Shown: in pieces, positions 10,401 through 19,705 of the stretch
How positions within the stretch are numbered: position 1 is the first letter of the stretch
Layout: every line of letters begins with the position of its first letter
Origin: an uncultured Chroococcidiopsis sp.
Lineage (GTDB): Bacteria; Cyanobacteriota; Cyanobacteriia; Cyanobacteriales; Chroococcidiopsidaceae
Direction of reading: 5' to 3'
Length of the DNA: 64,000 bases
Assembly: GCA_964248365.1 (NCBI GenBank)
Contig: CAXTYC010000011.1
Span: forward strand, 32,001-96,000
Notes under the pieces: model-generated
Told to the model about the DNA's origin: nothing
The model's database searches: none
Seen by the model: the letters and a program-made list of their open reading frames with translations, nothing else
Translations under genes and position numbers: made by a program

Positions 10401-12180
10401 TTCCTACTAAAACTTCCGGCGCAACGCCAAGTTTTTGCAAGTAGTGCGCTACTTTGTTTGCGCGTCGATCCAATTCCTGATAAGTTAATTGCTCATCTTC
10501 AAAAGTAACGGCAATAGCATCGGGCGTTCGTGCTGCTAAGTCCTCAAATAGTTCGTGACACAAGCGCTTTGGATAATTGCACTGTGTCTGATTCCATTCC
10601 ACCAGTAGCTGATGGCGTTCGGCTGCACTGGGTAGAGGTAAATCTGCAATTCGGGCATCGGGATTAGTAACAATGCCTTCTAACAGCGTTTGGAAGTGAG
10701 TAATAAATCGGGCGATCGTTGCAGCATCAAACAAATCTGTGTTGTATGCAACAAACCCACTCAGTCCTTCTGATGGTTCCTCCCACAACCCACTCAACCC
10801 GTGTCCACACTCCCACAAATGCAACTCTAGATCGAAGCGGGTAGTAGTGACATCAAACTTCAGTGGGTTCAGTGTCAAGTTGGGTAACTCCAGTTTTTGC
10901 ATCGGGGCATTCTGGAGAGCAAAGACGACTTGAAACAATGGGTTACGGCTGGGTTCTCGCAGGGGGTGCAACTCCTCCACCAACTTCTCAAAAGGTAAAT
11001 CCTGATGGTCGTAAGCTGCCAGTGTACGCGATCGCACTCGTGCCAAAAGTTCCCGAAATGTGGGATTATCGGATAAATCCACACGTAACACCAAGCTATT
11101 GACAAAAAAGCCGATTAATGCTTCTAGCTCACTGCGATTGCGGTTGGCAATGGGGATTCCGACTGCAATATCGGTTTGTCCGGTGTAGCGATATAACAAA
11201 GTTTGAAATGCTGCTAGCAGGATCATGAACAGAGTCACGCCTTCCTGACTTAGAGCTTCAAGGGAAGCAGTTAGGCTTTTTGACAACTCTATATATTGTG
11301 TTGCGCCTCGGTAGGTTGGATGTGCAGGGCGAGGTCGGTCAGTAGGAAGATTGAGGATCGGAAGATCGGCTAGTTGCGATCGCCAGTAGGACAGTTGCGA
11401 CTCTAGTATTTCCCCTTGCAACCATTGTCGTTGCCAGTGGGCAAAATCAGCATATTGGATGGGCAAAAGAGGTAAGGGAGACGGTTGATTTGCAGCAAAA
11501 GCCGTGTAGAGTGCTACTAGTTCTCGAATCAGCACACCCAGCGACCAACCATCAGATACAATGTGATGCAGATTTAACAACAGGACATATTCAGATTCGT
11601 CTAATTGCAACAACTTCACTCGCAGCAGCGGATCAGCAGCCAGATTAAATGGACGCGATGCTTCTTCTGTGGCAATTTGCTGGGCGGCTAATTGTCGCTC
11701 TAGGGCAGGTATATGCCGCAAATCGACAATAGGTAGAGATACATTGACGTTGGCAGAAATAATTTGAGCAGGTTGTCCGTCTACCTTGACAAAATTGGTA
11801 CGTAAGGCTTCATGACGACTGACGATCGCATTAAACGCAAGCGATAAAGCTTTTTCGTCAAGCTTTCCTTTGAGGCGAATCGAGAAAGGTACATTGTAGA
11901 AAGGATTTTCAGGTACTAACTGATCTAAAAACCACAATCGTTGTTGAGCGAATGACAGAGGTAATACGCGATCGCGTGACACGGGTACAAGCTGCACTCT
12001 TTTGAACTGAGAATTTGTCTGATGCAGCAGAGCGATCAAATCGGATTTGCGCTTGGCGATTTCGGCACGTAACTGAGGGGTTAACACTCCTTGGGGAGCA
12101 TTGCAGCGCAAGCTTTCATTTTCCAGGTAAACCTGAATATCTAGATCGCGTAGGTGAGCTAGAAATTCAACAGTGGTCAA
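7402..12180 (-). CDS. Monomodular NRPS, N-terminal docking domain-C-A-(N-methyltransferase)-T
   Basis: TubC-type N-terminal domain, HHIVSDGWS, YTSGSTGKPKG, VLEIGCGTGLLL and LNSVVQYFPS (N-MT), GGHSLL; TTG start overlaps upstream stop; hand-aligned code DAFIIGAIWK. Confidence 0.93.
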   Translation of the reverse strand: MTTVEFLAHLRDLDIQVYLENESLRCNAPQGVLTPQLRAEIAKRKSDLIALLHQTNSQFKRVQLVPVSRDRVLPLSFAQQRLWFLDQLVPENPFYNVPFSIRLKGKLDEKALSLAFNAIVSRHEALRTNFVKVDGQPAQIISANVNVSLPIVDLRHIPALERQLAAQQIATEEASRPFNLAADPLLRVKLLQLDESEYVLLLNLHHIVSDGWSLGVLIRELVALYTAFAANQPSPLPLLPIQYADFAHWQRQWLQGEILESQLSYWRSQLADLPILNLPTDRPRPAHPTYRGATQYIELSKSLTASLEALSQEGVTLFMILLAAFQTLLYRYTGQTDIAVGIPIANRNRSELEALIGFFVNSLVLRVDLSDNPTFRELLARVRSRTLAAYDHQDLPFEKLVEELHPLREPSRNPLFQVVFALQNAPMQKLELPNLTLNPLKFDVTTTRFDLELHLWECGHGLSGLWEEPSEGLSGFVAYNTDLFDAATIARFITHFQTLLEGIVTNPDARIADLPLPSAAERHQLLVEWNQTQCNYPKRLCHELFEDLAARTPDAIAVTFEDEQLTYQELDRRANKVAHYLQKLGVAPEVLVGICISPSLNMVVGILGILKAGGAYVPLEPNYPSDRLAFMLEDTGVKIILTQRSLASLFEGKPQFVNLKLICLDTDWETIATYSEQTLNIRVTANNLAYVIYTSGSTGKPKGVLVEHRGLCNVIEAQIRAFKMQPQNRILQFSSLGFDASIFEMWLAFGVGASLHIPPKSARLPGSELVHFLQSKAIDTTILPPAVLAVLPAAQLPTLQTVISGGEACSNEIVKQWAVNRRFFNAYGPTEATIWATVAPISAASGNNYDKPSIGRPVANTQIYLLDAHLQPVPIGVVGEVYIGGDGLARGYLNRPELTHERFIPNPFTQAEEGSMKDETENSLPSSSFTLHPFERLYKTGDLARYLPDGNIEFVGRIDDQVKIRGFRIELGEIEALLRQHPTVREAVAIARSHENQSDQRIIAYIVPNQDYTQERELLSNEQIRTWQNLYDQTYRQSDIERDSTFNIVGWNSSYTGQPIPALEMRQWVSDRVEQILALQPLRVLEIGCGTGLLLFQIAPHCAQYWATDFSPVSIQYLEQQLATRAIPGVKLLEKMATDFEGIEANTFDAIVLNSVVQYFPSLDYLLQVLECAIDTARPGGFVFIGDVRSLPLLSAFHAAVALHQADSTVSREQLQQQLRGAIFQETELVIDPAFFHALKQRLKRISHVQVLLTPGRYHNELTQFRYNVILHIEAPGEQGKGKGERGDQLNWTGDNLSMVKVRQHLVETQPSVLKITGIPNARVIAAVKTAEWLLTETEAPKTAGQMRDALHPLAQSAIDPQDWWNLAAELPYTVDVSWSNADTTGSYDVIFLPQSVTKRIVLGQLQEQVSARAWETYANNPLQAQFARHLPSQLQSYLEQNIPEYMVPSAFVVLDALPLSANGKVNRRALSAPFLVKRDWGDVAAPRSPIEQKLASIWADLLGIKRVGIHDNFFDLGGHSLLATLLISRIRDAFGVELPLRSVFEEKAIAPLAKVIEELQTVQVKQQDPGIVPLSRDAHRRLRSSLNPKRE

Positions 12181-15100
12181 AATTCCACCTCCTCACGATT
12201 TGGACTGGCAATTGTCTCGGTATCAGCCTGTAATTTCTTATTTGCCCCACTCATTGCTTCAATATACTGTGCCAACGCTGCGATCGTAGGTGTCTCAAAT
12301 ATATTACGCAGTGGCATTTGTACCCCAAAGCGATCGCGGATTCTTGAAACTAGCTGCGTGGCTAAAAGTGAATGTCCACCCAACTCGAAGAAATTATCGC
12401 TGATGCCTACTTGTTGTCCTAAAATTTCCGTCCATATCTGCACTAACTGGGCTTCAACTGAAGTTCGCGGGAAAGATTTAATTTCTGGCAATCCAACTGT
12501 AGTAAAATCCGGTGGGGGGAGTTTTTGACGATCTACTTTACCATTGGGTGTTAGCGGCAACGACTCTAAGACTACAAAGGCAGCAGGTAGCATAGAACTT
12601 GGCAGCTTGGTCTTGAGGAAACTTTGTAGCTCGCTGGCTATTAGGTTTTGCTCCTGATTAGCAACTATGTAAGCAACTAAACGGCGATCGCCGGAGATAT
12701 CCTCCCTTACTACGACAACAGCTTCTTGCACTGCCGGATGCTGGTTTAAGACGGTTGAAATCTCGCCCAACTCAATCCGAAAACCTCGGATCTTCACCTG
12801 ATCATCGCTACGCCCAATAAATTCAAGATTGCCATCAGGAAGATAACGGGCGAGATCTCCGGTTTTGTAAAGTAGGGGCGGGCTTTTCAAGATTGTTTGT
12901 TTTCCAATAGGTATCTCTATTGAACCCGCCCCTACTAATGCGTTCTTTCCACAAAAAGGATTAGAGATAAACCGTTCATTCGTCAAATCAGGACGATTTA
13001 GATAGCCTCGCGCCAATCCATCACCACCTATATATATTTCTCCTATAACACCAATGGGGACTGGTTTTAGGTGGGGATCTAGTAGATAGATTTGGGTATT
13101 GGCGATCGCCCGTCCAATTGGAATTGATCGATCTGGTACATCTTGCACTTCATACCAGCAAGTAAATGTAGTATTTTCAGTAGGTCCATATACGTGTAGC
13201 AAATGTTCAGGCGCACCTTTGTGAACTTCTTTCACCCACCTCACGTCAACCGCTTCACCACCAAAAAGTAAGTAGCGCAATGAACTAAAAGCCGATGGAA
13301 CTTCCCGCGCCAAAGAGTTAAATAAGGCTGTTGTCAAAAACAGGACGCTGATTTGTTGCTGTCGAATCTCTTGGGCAAAGTCTTGGGGGGAAAGTATAAC
13401 GTCTCGATTGATACCAATTAATTGCGCTCCATTTAGAAGTGCGCCCCAAATCTCAAAGGTTGCTGCATCAAATGAAATGTTGGAGCATTGAGCGACTTTA
13501 TCTTCAGGTTCCCATGTGATGTAGTTAGTGTTGCACACTAATCGATTCACGGCTCGATGAGGTACTGCCACGCCTTTTGGTGTTCCCGTTGAGCCAGAGG
13601 TGTAAACTACATAGGCGAGGTTATCTGCGGTTGTCTGGTTACTTAGGTTTTCCTCGCTATAGTGCGCGATCGCTTCCCAATCCCTCTCTAGGCAAACAAC
13701 TTTTAGATTTTGGATTTTAGCTCCCCCCTTGATCCCCCTCCCGTCCCCCTTTTTAAGGGGGAAGCCAGAGGAAGCTACGCTATTAAGTTCACGGGGGGCT
13801 GGGGGGATCTGATTTTGGATTGATTTAGTCTGCTCTTTTAGAGAATTGATTTGTGAATCTTCACCAGTAGTCCCCAATTCAAAATCTTGCTGTGTTAGCA
13901 ATATAGATACCCCAGCATCTTCGAGCATAAACTGCAATCGCTCTGAAGGATAGGTTGGATCTAGAGGAATATAGGCTCCTCCAGCTTTCAGGATACCTAG
14001 CAAACAAGCTACCATTACAGGGGAAGGCTCCATACAGACACCTACCAACGTTTCACAACCTACACCCATTTTTCGCAAATAATGCCCCAGTTGGTTACTA
14101 CCGTTGTTTAATTCCTGGTAGGTAAATTGTCGATCTGCATAGCGCACTGCGATCGCATTTGGTTTTTGTGCTGCGATCGCTTCAAACAATTGGTGAATAC
14201 ATAGATTATTTGGATAATCACGCTCGGTTTGATTCCACTCAACTAAAAGCTGATGCTCTTGTGCGTAGCTCAAAAGAGGAAGATCTGCTAAATGGGTATC
14301 GGGATTAGCAACAGATCCAGTTAATAGCGTTTGAAAATGCCCTGCCATGCGAGCGATCGTATCCGCTTCAAATAAATCAGTGCTGTATACTAAAACACCC
14401 CGCAATCCCTCCGACTGCTGCCAAGAGTCCCCCCACAGGTTTCTAAAGTTTGAGCCACACTCCCACAGATAAAGCTCTAAATCAAACCGAGTGGTTGTCG
14501 TCTCAACCTGATAAGGCGAGAGCGTTAGCCCAGGTAGCTCTAATTGCTCCATTGGTGCGTTCTGAAGTGCAAACACCACTTGAAATAATGGATTACGGCT
14601 AAGGCTGCGTTCTGGGTGCAATTCCTCTACCAGCTTCTCGAAGGGTAAATCTTGATGAGCATAGGCTTCTACTGCAATCTTTCGCACTCGTAAGAGCAAT
14701 TCTCGAAAGGTAGGATTGCCTGATAGATCGGTTCGCAGAACTAAACTGTTGGCAAAAAAACCGATCAAGTTCTCCAACTGTTGCCGATTGCGGTTGGCGA
14801 TGGGCGATCCTACGGCTATGTCTGTCTGTGCGGTGTAGCGATACAGCAGTGTTTGAAAAGCTGCCAGTAACGTCATAAACAGCGTTACGCCTTCTTGCTG
14901 ACTCAGTGCCAAGAGTGCTTGGGATAAATCCTTGGGCAATTCTAGCAACTGGGTAGCTCCTCGGTAGCTTTGGGCTTGAGGGCGGGGGCGATCGCTTTGG
15001 ATCTCCAGTAAGGACAGATTCTTGAGCTGCGATCGCCAGTAGGACAGTTGCGACTCTAGCACTTCTCCTTGCAACCACGAGCGTTGCCAATGGGCAAAGT

Positions 15101-15662
15101 CTGCATATTGAATCGGCATTACTGGCGACGGTAAAGGTTTTTGGGCATATTCGGCAGTGTAGAACAATCCCAGTTCTCGAATCAGTAAGGCGATCGACCA
15201 CTCATCAAAGACAATATGGTGCAGATTGATAATTAGCACATACTCTGTTTTGTCTAGTTGCAGCAGTGTTACTCTTAGCAAAGGTCCAGTAGCTAGGTTA
15301 AAAGGCTGCCCGATCTCCTGTGTAATTAACCGTTGTGCTGCTGCATCTCGATCGCAAACACATTGCTGCTGTAAATCAATCAGCGACAGCGGTATTCTCT
15401 GGTGAGGCGCAATTATCTGTACAGGTTGCCCCTCCAAGGTTCCAAAGGTAGTACGTAATACTTCGTGGCGCTGCACAATCTGATTAAAGCTTTCTTCTAG
15501 CGCCACCAGGTTCAGATCACCTGTAAGGCGTATTACAGTTGGCACATTGTAGAACGAAGTGCCAGGAAATAACTGATCGAGAAACCAAAGCCGCTGTTGT
15601 GCAAATGATGCAGGAAAGACAAAAACTTCTTCAGAGTTGGGGGCTGCTCCTGCTTGGGTCAT
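12177..15662 (-). CDS. Monomodular NRPS, C-A-T (first gene of operon)
   Basis: HHIVFDEWS (C), YTSGSTGTPKG, GGHSLL; hand-aligned code DAFFLGVTFK (Ile-type); C-terminal REEVEF motif. Confidence 0.93.
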   Translation of the reverse strand: MTQAGAAPNSEEVFVFPASFAQQRLWFLDQLFPGTSFYNVPTVIRLTGDLNLVALEESFNQIVQRHEVLRTTFGTLEGQPVQIIAPHQRIPLSLIDLQQQCVCDRDAAAQRLITQEIGQPFNLATGPLLRVTLLQLDKTEYVLIINLHHIVFDEWSIALLIRELGLFYTAEYAQKPLPSPVMPIQYADFAHWQRSWLQGEVLESQLSYWRSQLKNLSLLEIQSDRPRPQAQSYRGATQLLELPKDLSQALLALSQQEGVTLFMTLLAAFQTLLYRYTAQTDIAVGSPIANRNRQQLENLIGFFANSLVLRTDLSGNPTFRELLLRVRKIAVEAYAHQDLPFEKLVEELHPERSLSRNPLFQVVFALQNAPMEQLELPGLTLSPYQVETTTTRFDLELYLWECGSNFRNLWGDSWQQSEGLRGVLVYSTDLFEADTIARMAGHFQTLLTGSVANPDTHLADLPLLSYAQEHQLLVEWNQTERDYPNNLCIHQLFEAIAAQKPNAIAVRYADRQFTYQELNNGSNQLGHYLRKMGVGCETLVGVCMEPSPVMVACLLGILKAGGAYIPLDPTYPSERLQFMLEDAGVSILLTQQDFELGTTGEDSQINSLKEQTKSIQNQIPPAPRELNSVASSGFPLKKGDGRGIKGGAKIQNLKVVCLERDWEAIAHYSEENLSNQTTADNLAYVVYTSGSTGTPKGVAVPHRAVNRLVCNTNYITWEPEDKVAQCSNISFDAATFEIWGALLNGAQLIGINRDVILSPQDFAQEIRQQQISVLFLTTALFNSLAREVPSAFSSLRYLLFGGEAVDVRWVKEVHKGAPEHLLHVYGPTENTTFTCWYEVQDVPDRSIPIGRAIANTQIYLLDPHLKPVPIGVIGEIYIGGDGLARGYLNRPDLTNERFISNPFCGKNALVGAGSIEIPIGKQTILKSPPLLYKTGDLARYLPDGNLEFIGRSDDQVKIRGFRIELGEISTVLNQHPAVQEAVVVVREDISGDRRLVAYIVANQEQNLIASELQSFLKTKLPSSMLPAAFVVLESLPLTPNGKVDRQKLPPPDFTTVGLPEIKSFPRTSVEAQLVQIWTEILGQQVGISDNFFELGGHSLLATQLVSRIRDRFGVQMPLRNIFETPTIAALAQYIEAMSGANKKLQADTETIASPNREEVEF

Positions 15663-16006
15663 CAAGGAATCTACCTGTGATCGCTTACTCTTTTTAACGG
15701 AGGTGAAGTATAAAATTGATCTACATTTAGATAGATTATCAGTTACCTGTTAGCTGTTAGCGGTTAGCTGTTGGCTGTTAGCTGTTATCAACTGCCAACT
15801 ACTAGTTACCTGTTATTTTTGTTGTATTATTAAATACAAAGATCATAGTAATTCTATTTAAGATTGATAAATATATAATTCTTACCTTAGATAGTTTAGA
15901 CTTATGCCATTTGGTTTAATTGCTGCAACAAATCTAAGAGCTAAAACTCTCTCCCACTCAGCCTTTCCTAATCCAAAATCTAAAATCTAAGATCTAAAAT
16001 CATATT

Positions 16007-17125
16007 ATGCTATTTACGCCCCTTAATTTCCTGCTTCAGTGGCTGACTGGACTCTTATCTATTGCACTACTGGGAGGAGGAATTTACATTGTCCATCAAT
16101 GGTATGAGCGAGAACTGATCGATCGCGCCTGGTTGATATTGGGATTAGCAATGTCTACCTGGTCGTTGGTGGGATTTCTTCCGGTTTCCTTGCTGCTGCG
16201 TCGTCCTGGTGCTGATGAACCAAAAGCAATGCGTAGCGGGATTGTACAACGAATAGCCCGACCAGACGGTAGCGAAATTCAAGTCGAGTTTTACGGTTCA
16301 CCCGATGCTCAACCAATTATCATGACTCACGGTTGGGGACCAAATAGCACTGTCTGGTACTACGCAAAGCGACAACTGGCTAACCATTTTCGCTTGATTG
16401 TATGGGACTTGCCAGGGTTGGGAAAATCTAGTAAGCCAAAAAACAAGGATTACTCAATAGAAAAATATGCTCGTGACTTGGAAGCAGTTATATCTCTGGC
16501 AGGTGACAAGCCTGTGATCTTGCTAGGACATAGCATGGGTGGTATGATTATACTCACATTCTGTCGCCTGTTTCCACAGTATCTAAATCGTCAGGTTGCA
16601 GGTTTAATTTTAGTAGACACTACCTATACCAATCCGGTCAAAACTTCCATCTTCAGCAAATTTCTACAAGCTATACAAAAGCCTTTGATAGAGCCTTTGC
16701 TGTATGTGGCGATCGCTCTGTCGCCTCTACTATGGTTAATCAGTGGCTTAAGCTATCTCAATGGTTCGATGCACATCACGACCGAAATATCTGGCTTCAC
16801 AGGCAAAGAAACACGAGGTCAACTCAACTTTTCAACCCTATTAGGTCTACGCGGCTCACCTGGCATACTAGCAAGAGGGATGCTGGCAATGTTGAAATTC
16901 AATGAAACGGCAACTTTGCCAACTATTAATATTCCAGCTTTGGTAATTGTAGGAAAAACAGACATCGCAACCGTTCCCGCAGCCAGCAAACATATGAGCA
17001 TTGACTTACCTCTGGCTGAACTTGCAATCCTACAACCTGCTGGACATATGGGATTAATGGAGCGAAACGAACAATTTGCCTCGCTAGTTCGTTCGTTTAG
17101 CACAGGCTGTTTAAGCTCCAAATGA
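16007..17125 (+). CDS. Membrane-anchored alpha/beta hydrolase
   Basis: Two N-terminal hydrophobic helices, HGWG, DLPGLGKS, GHSMGG nucleophile elbow, AGH catalytic His. Confidence 0.88.
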   Translation: MLFTPLNFLLQWLTGLLSIALLGGGIYIVHQWYERELIDRAWLILGLAMSTWSLVGFLPVSLLLRRPGADEPKAMRSGIVQRIARPDGSEIQVEFYGSPDAQPIIMTHGWGPNSTVWYYAKRQLANHFRLIVWDLPGLGKSSKPKNKDYSIEKYARDLEAVISLAGDKPVILLGHSMGGMIILTFCRLFPQYLNRQVAGLILVDTTYTNPVKTSIFSKFLQAIQKPLIEPLLYVAIALSPLLWLISGLSYLNGSMHITTEISGFTGKETRGQLNFSTLLGLRGSPGILARGMLAMLKFNETATLPTINIPALVIVGKTDIATVPAASKHMSIDLPLAELAILQPAGHMGLMERNEQFASLVRSFSTGCLSSK

Positions 17126-17180
17126 TAAGTCATAAAATGGAAAAAGCCCCCGTGTAGGGATTTCTTGAAGGCGAATTCAA

Positions 17181-17744
17181 ATGGTACAGACATCATCTAA
17201 ACCCTTGACGTTGGAAGAGTTTCTAAAGCTACCAGAAACGAAACCAGCCAGTGAGTACATTGACGGTCAAATCATTCAAAAGCCAATACCCCAAGGAAAG
17301 CACAGTGTAATTCAAGGTGAGTCACTATCTGCGATTAACGCCGTTGTGAAATCTCGGCGCATTGCACGAGCTTTCCCTGAATTACGGTGTACGTTTGGTG
17401 GACGGTCAATAGTGCCTGATGTGTCCGTGTTTGTTTGGGGTAGAATTCCCCGTGACGAGAATGGCGAAATTGCCAACGTTTTCCGATTGGCTCCTGATTG
17501 GACGATTGAAATCCTGTCGCCTGACCAAAGCCAAACTAAAGTCACAAAAAATATTCTCCACTGCCTCAAGTACGAGACTCAAATGGGCTGGCTGATCGAT
17601 CCAGATGAACAATCTGTGTTTGTTTATACACCTAAGCAACAGCCAGAAGTGTTTGAGTCACCAGAGGCAATACTTGCTGTACCATCTTTTGCAAATGGAC
17701 TACAGCTCACTATAAAAGACGTATTTGGTTGGTTGCAGGAGTAA
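17181..17744 (+). CDS. Uma2 family putative endonuclease
   Basis: LTLEEFLKLPETKPASEYIDGQI, VPDV, PDWTIEILSP motifs. Confidence 0.92.
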   Translation: MVQTSSKPLTLEEFLKLPETKPASEYIDGQIIQKPIPQGKHSVIQGESLSAINAVVKSRRIARAFPELRCTFGGRSIVPDVSVFVWGRIPRDENGEIANVFRLAPDWTIEILSPDQSQTKVTKNILHCLKYETQMGWLIDPDEQSVFVYTPKQQPEVFESPEAILAVPSFANGLQLTIKDVFGWLQE

Positions 17745-17824
17745 ACCATTACAGTTACCAGTTACCAGTTATTAATTACTAGTCACTAGCAGAGGTTGAT
17801 TAGTTACTGATTACTGGGAGATCT

Positions 17825-18463
17825 TCACTGTTGTTGAATGTTGAGGCGATTGACTACTGGTTCCACTTTGCTTTGTGTTGAACTGGGCAAACTGCGAACA
17901 AACTCCAGAAAGCCTGCTTCATCATCAGGTGGATAGTCTGCCATCATTCCATTCAAAGAAACAATCCAACGATTCCCTTCAATCGGATAAAGCACACCAC
18001 CCCTCGTGCGAAAAGGTGGTGAGGTTTGGATGTATACTGCTTTCCAATCAGCCTGAAATCCAGATGGAATCTCGTAAATGCGACTAGCATAGCCTGGAGA
18101 TGCATCTACAGCGGTCTCCGGTGAAGGCATATATCCCAATGCTTTTAGCCATTGAGGAGCTTTGGAACCTCGCCCACTCGCATCAACTACCAAATCGGCA
18201 AATAATTCCTCTTGCCCCGATTTGGCTGATGCATTGTGGAAAACTGATACACCCGTTACACTCGTACCGTCAGATGACAGCAATCGAGTTACCTTGCACT
18301 CCTTTGCGTGGTACTGGTTTTTCAGGAAAGCGATCGCTTTCTATAATCGTCACTTGTTCAAAGTGGTCAGCCAACACCTACCTGCTAATAGTCCCGCCAT
18401 ACTACCACCGATGACAATAGCATGATTAGTATAAGTAGATGGGCGATCTTTTATAAATGACAT
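17825..18463 (-). pseudogene. Degraded FAD-dependent oxidoreductase/monooxygenase
   Basis: SD AAGGAGGT then ATG 18463 MSFIKDRPSTYTNHAIVIGGSMAGLLAGR; frameshift to VLADHFEQVTIIESDRFPEKPVPRKGV; second break to ...ADLVVDASGRGS...; C-terminal part missing. Confidence 0.85.
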
Positions 18464-18539
18464 GACCGCACCTCCTTTGAGGAGTGAATTTTAAAGCTGT
18501 TTGTAGTCTATCTAGTTCCTCTAATTTATATATATACAA

Positions 18540-18593
18540 GTAGGGTGGGCATTGCCCACCAAATCTGAGAATGGTGGGCAATGCCCACCCTAC
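18540..18593. repeat. GTAG-type REP doublet (GTAGGGTGGGCATTGCCCACC...GGTGGGCAATGCCCACCCTAC)
   Basis: Inverted pair; further copies at 20550-20574 and 57992-58012, partial copies near 58775 and 58976. Confidence 0.8.
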
Positions 18594-18614
18594 TAAATAT
18601 ATACAAGTTGTGAT

Positions 18615-19565
18615 TTACCAATTACGGTAGAGTTTTTCTGCATAAAACATAATTTCTTCGTTTGGTAGTCTAATTTTTGGTTTTTGTCTGGGATACAAAC
18701 TTTCAACCGCTGTTGTATCTTGCTCAATAACTGTACCTGCTGCTTGTAGAAATGAGTTCTTCAGCAGCTTCCCAAAAGGATTTTTGAACTTGGCATAAAA
18801 CAGAATAAAAGTCTTAGTTCTGTTTTGAGTTTCAGGGTAGAGAATATGAGTTTGAGCAACACTGGCGATCGCTACGTTGCCAAAGAAAACAGTGGTTGAA
18901 GGAAAAGCATATTCAAGTGTGTTATTCATAACTTTAGGCATAATGCCCAAAGCTGGATTTTTGATAATTTCCCCCAATGTGTTGTCAGATCTTATAATCT
19001 CTTGATGTACTTTCGAGTAGTATCCATTTTCCTCAAACGAACTAACATTACAGGTTGTAATTTTAAACATTTCCTTGTGAGTACCATTTTGGTGGTTATA
19101 GTCATAGTTAACCATCAAGTTACTCACGAAATCACCTTGAATACTTTTTTCTCCAGTGACACCTACAAATTCGTATTCATCTACAATTTTTTGATGCAAT
19201 TCTGGAATCGGTAATCTTGGTTCAAATCCGGCATAAGTCCAAATACAATCATTAACAATAATTAGCTCTAATGGTTTGGTAATTGGTTGAACATCCTGTT
19301 TACCTTCTTGGTAGAGTCTACCTTTTGGGTCAAATTCCAGTGCATGAAAAGGACAAGTAATAGTATCTCTTTCTTTACAAACCCAGCCATCTGATAAAGG
19401 TGCTTGCAAATGTGGACAGATATTATCTAATCCAAACACTTCTCCTTTTTGGTTTTGCCAAATCACATAATCATTCCCGTTTAGGGTGATTTTGTTGGGT
19501 TTATTTATTCCCAACATCGATTTGTGAGCAATTAGCCAAGGCGCACCTGGTAAAATCGGTTCCAT
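18615..19565 (-). CDS. Rieske [2Fe-2S] non-heme iron oxygenase
   Basis: CPH...CPFH Rieske ligands; DYNHQNGTH mononuclear iron motif; start taken at MEPILPGAPW. Confidence 0.88.
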   Translation of the reverse strand: MEPILPGAPWLIAHKSMLGINKPNKITLNGNDYVIWQNQKGEVFGLDNICPHLQAPLSDGWVCKERDTITCPFHALEFDPKGRLYQEGKQDVQPITKPLELIIVNDCIWTYAGFEPRLPIPELHQKIVDEYEFVGVTGEKSIQGDFVSNLMVNYDYNHQNGTHKEMFKITTCNVSSFEENGYYSKVHQEIIRSDNTLGEIIKNPALGIMPKVMNNTLEYAFPSTTVFFGNVAIASVAQTHILYPETQNRTKTFILFYAKFKNPFGKLLKNSFLQAAGTVIEQDTTAVESLYPRQKPKIRLPNEEIMFYAEKLYRNW

Positions 19566-19705
19566 TGTTTTTCTCTTGTAGACATGAATTTTTTTAGTTT
19601 GGTGCGTTACACCCTTTGTTAACACATCCTACTGCTGCTAATCTCACAAGTCAGCACAAGTCAAAAATGGGCAAGGCTGGGTTGACGTGTGCAACAGCAG
19701 GTATT

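Noticed and set aside
6680..15100. Near-identical DNA stretches among the three NRPS C domains as mobile repeats
   Set aside because: Explained by paralogy of the condensation domains
17181..17744. Uma2 and DUF29 genes as a defence system
   Set aside because: Both are common multicopy singletons in cyanobacteria and have no partner genes here
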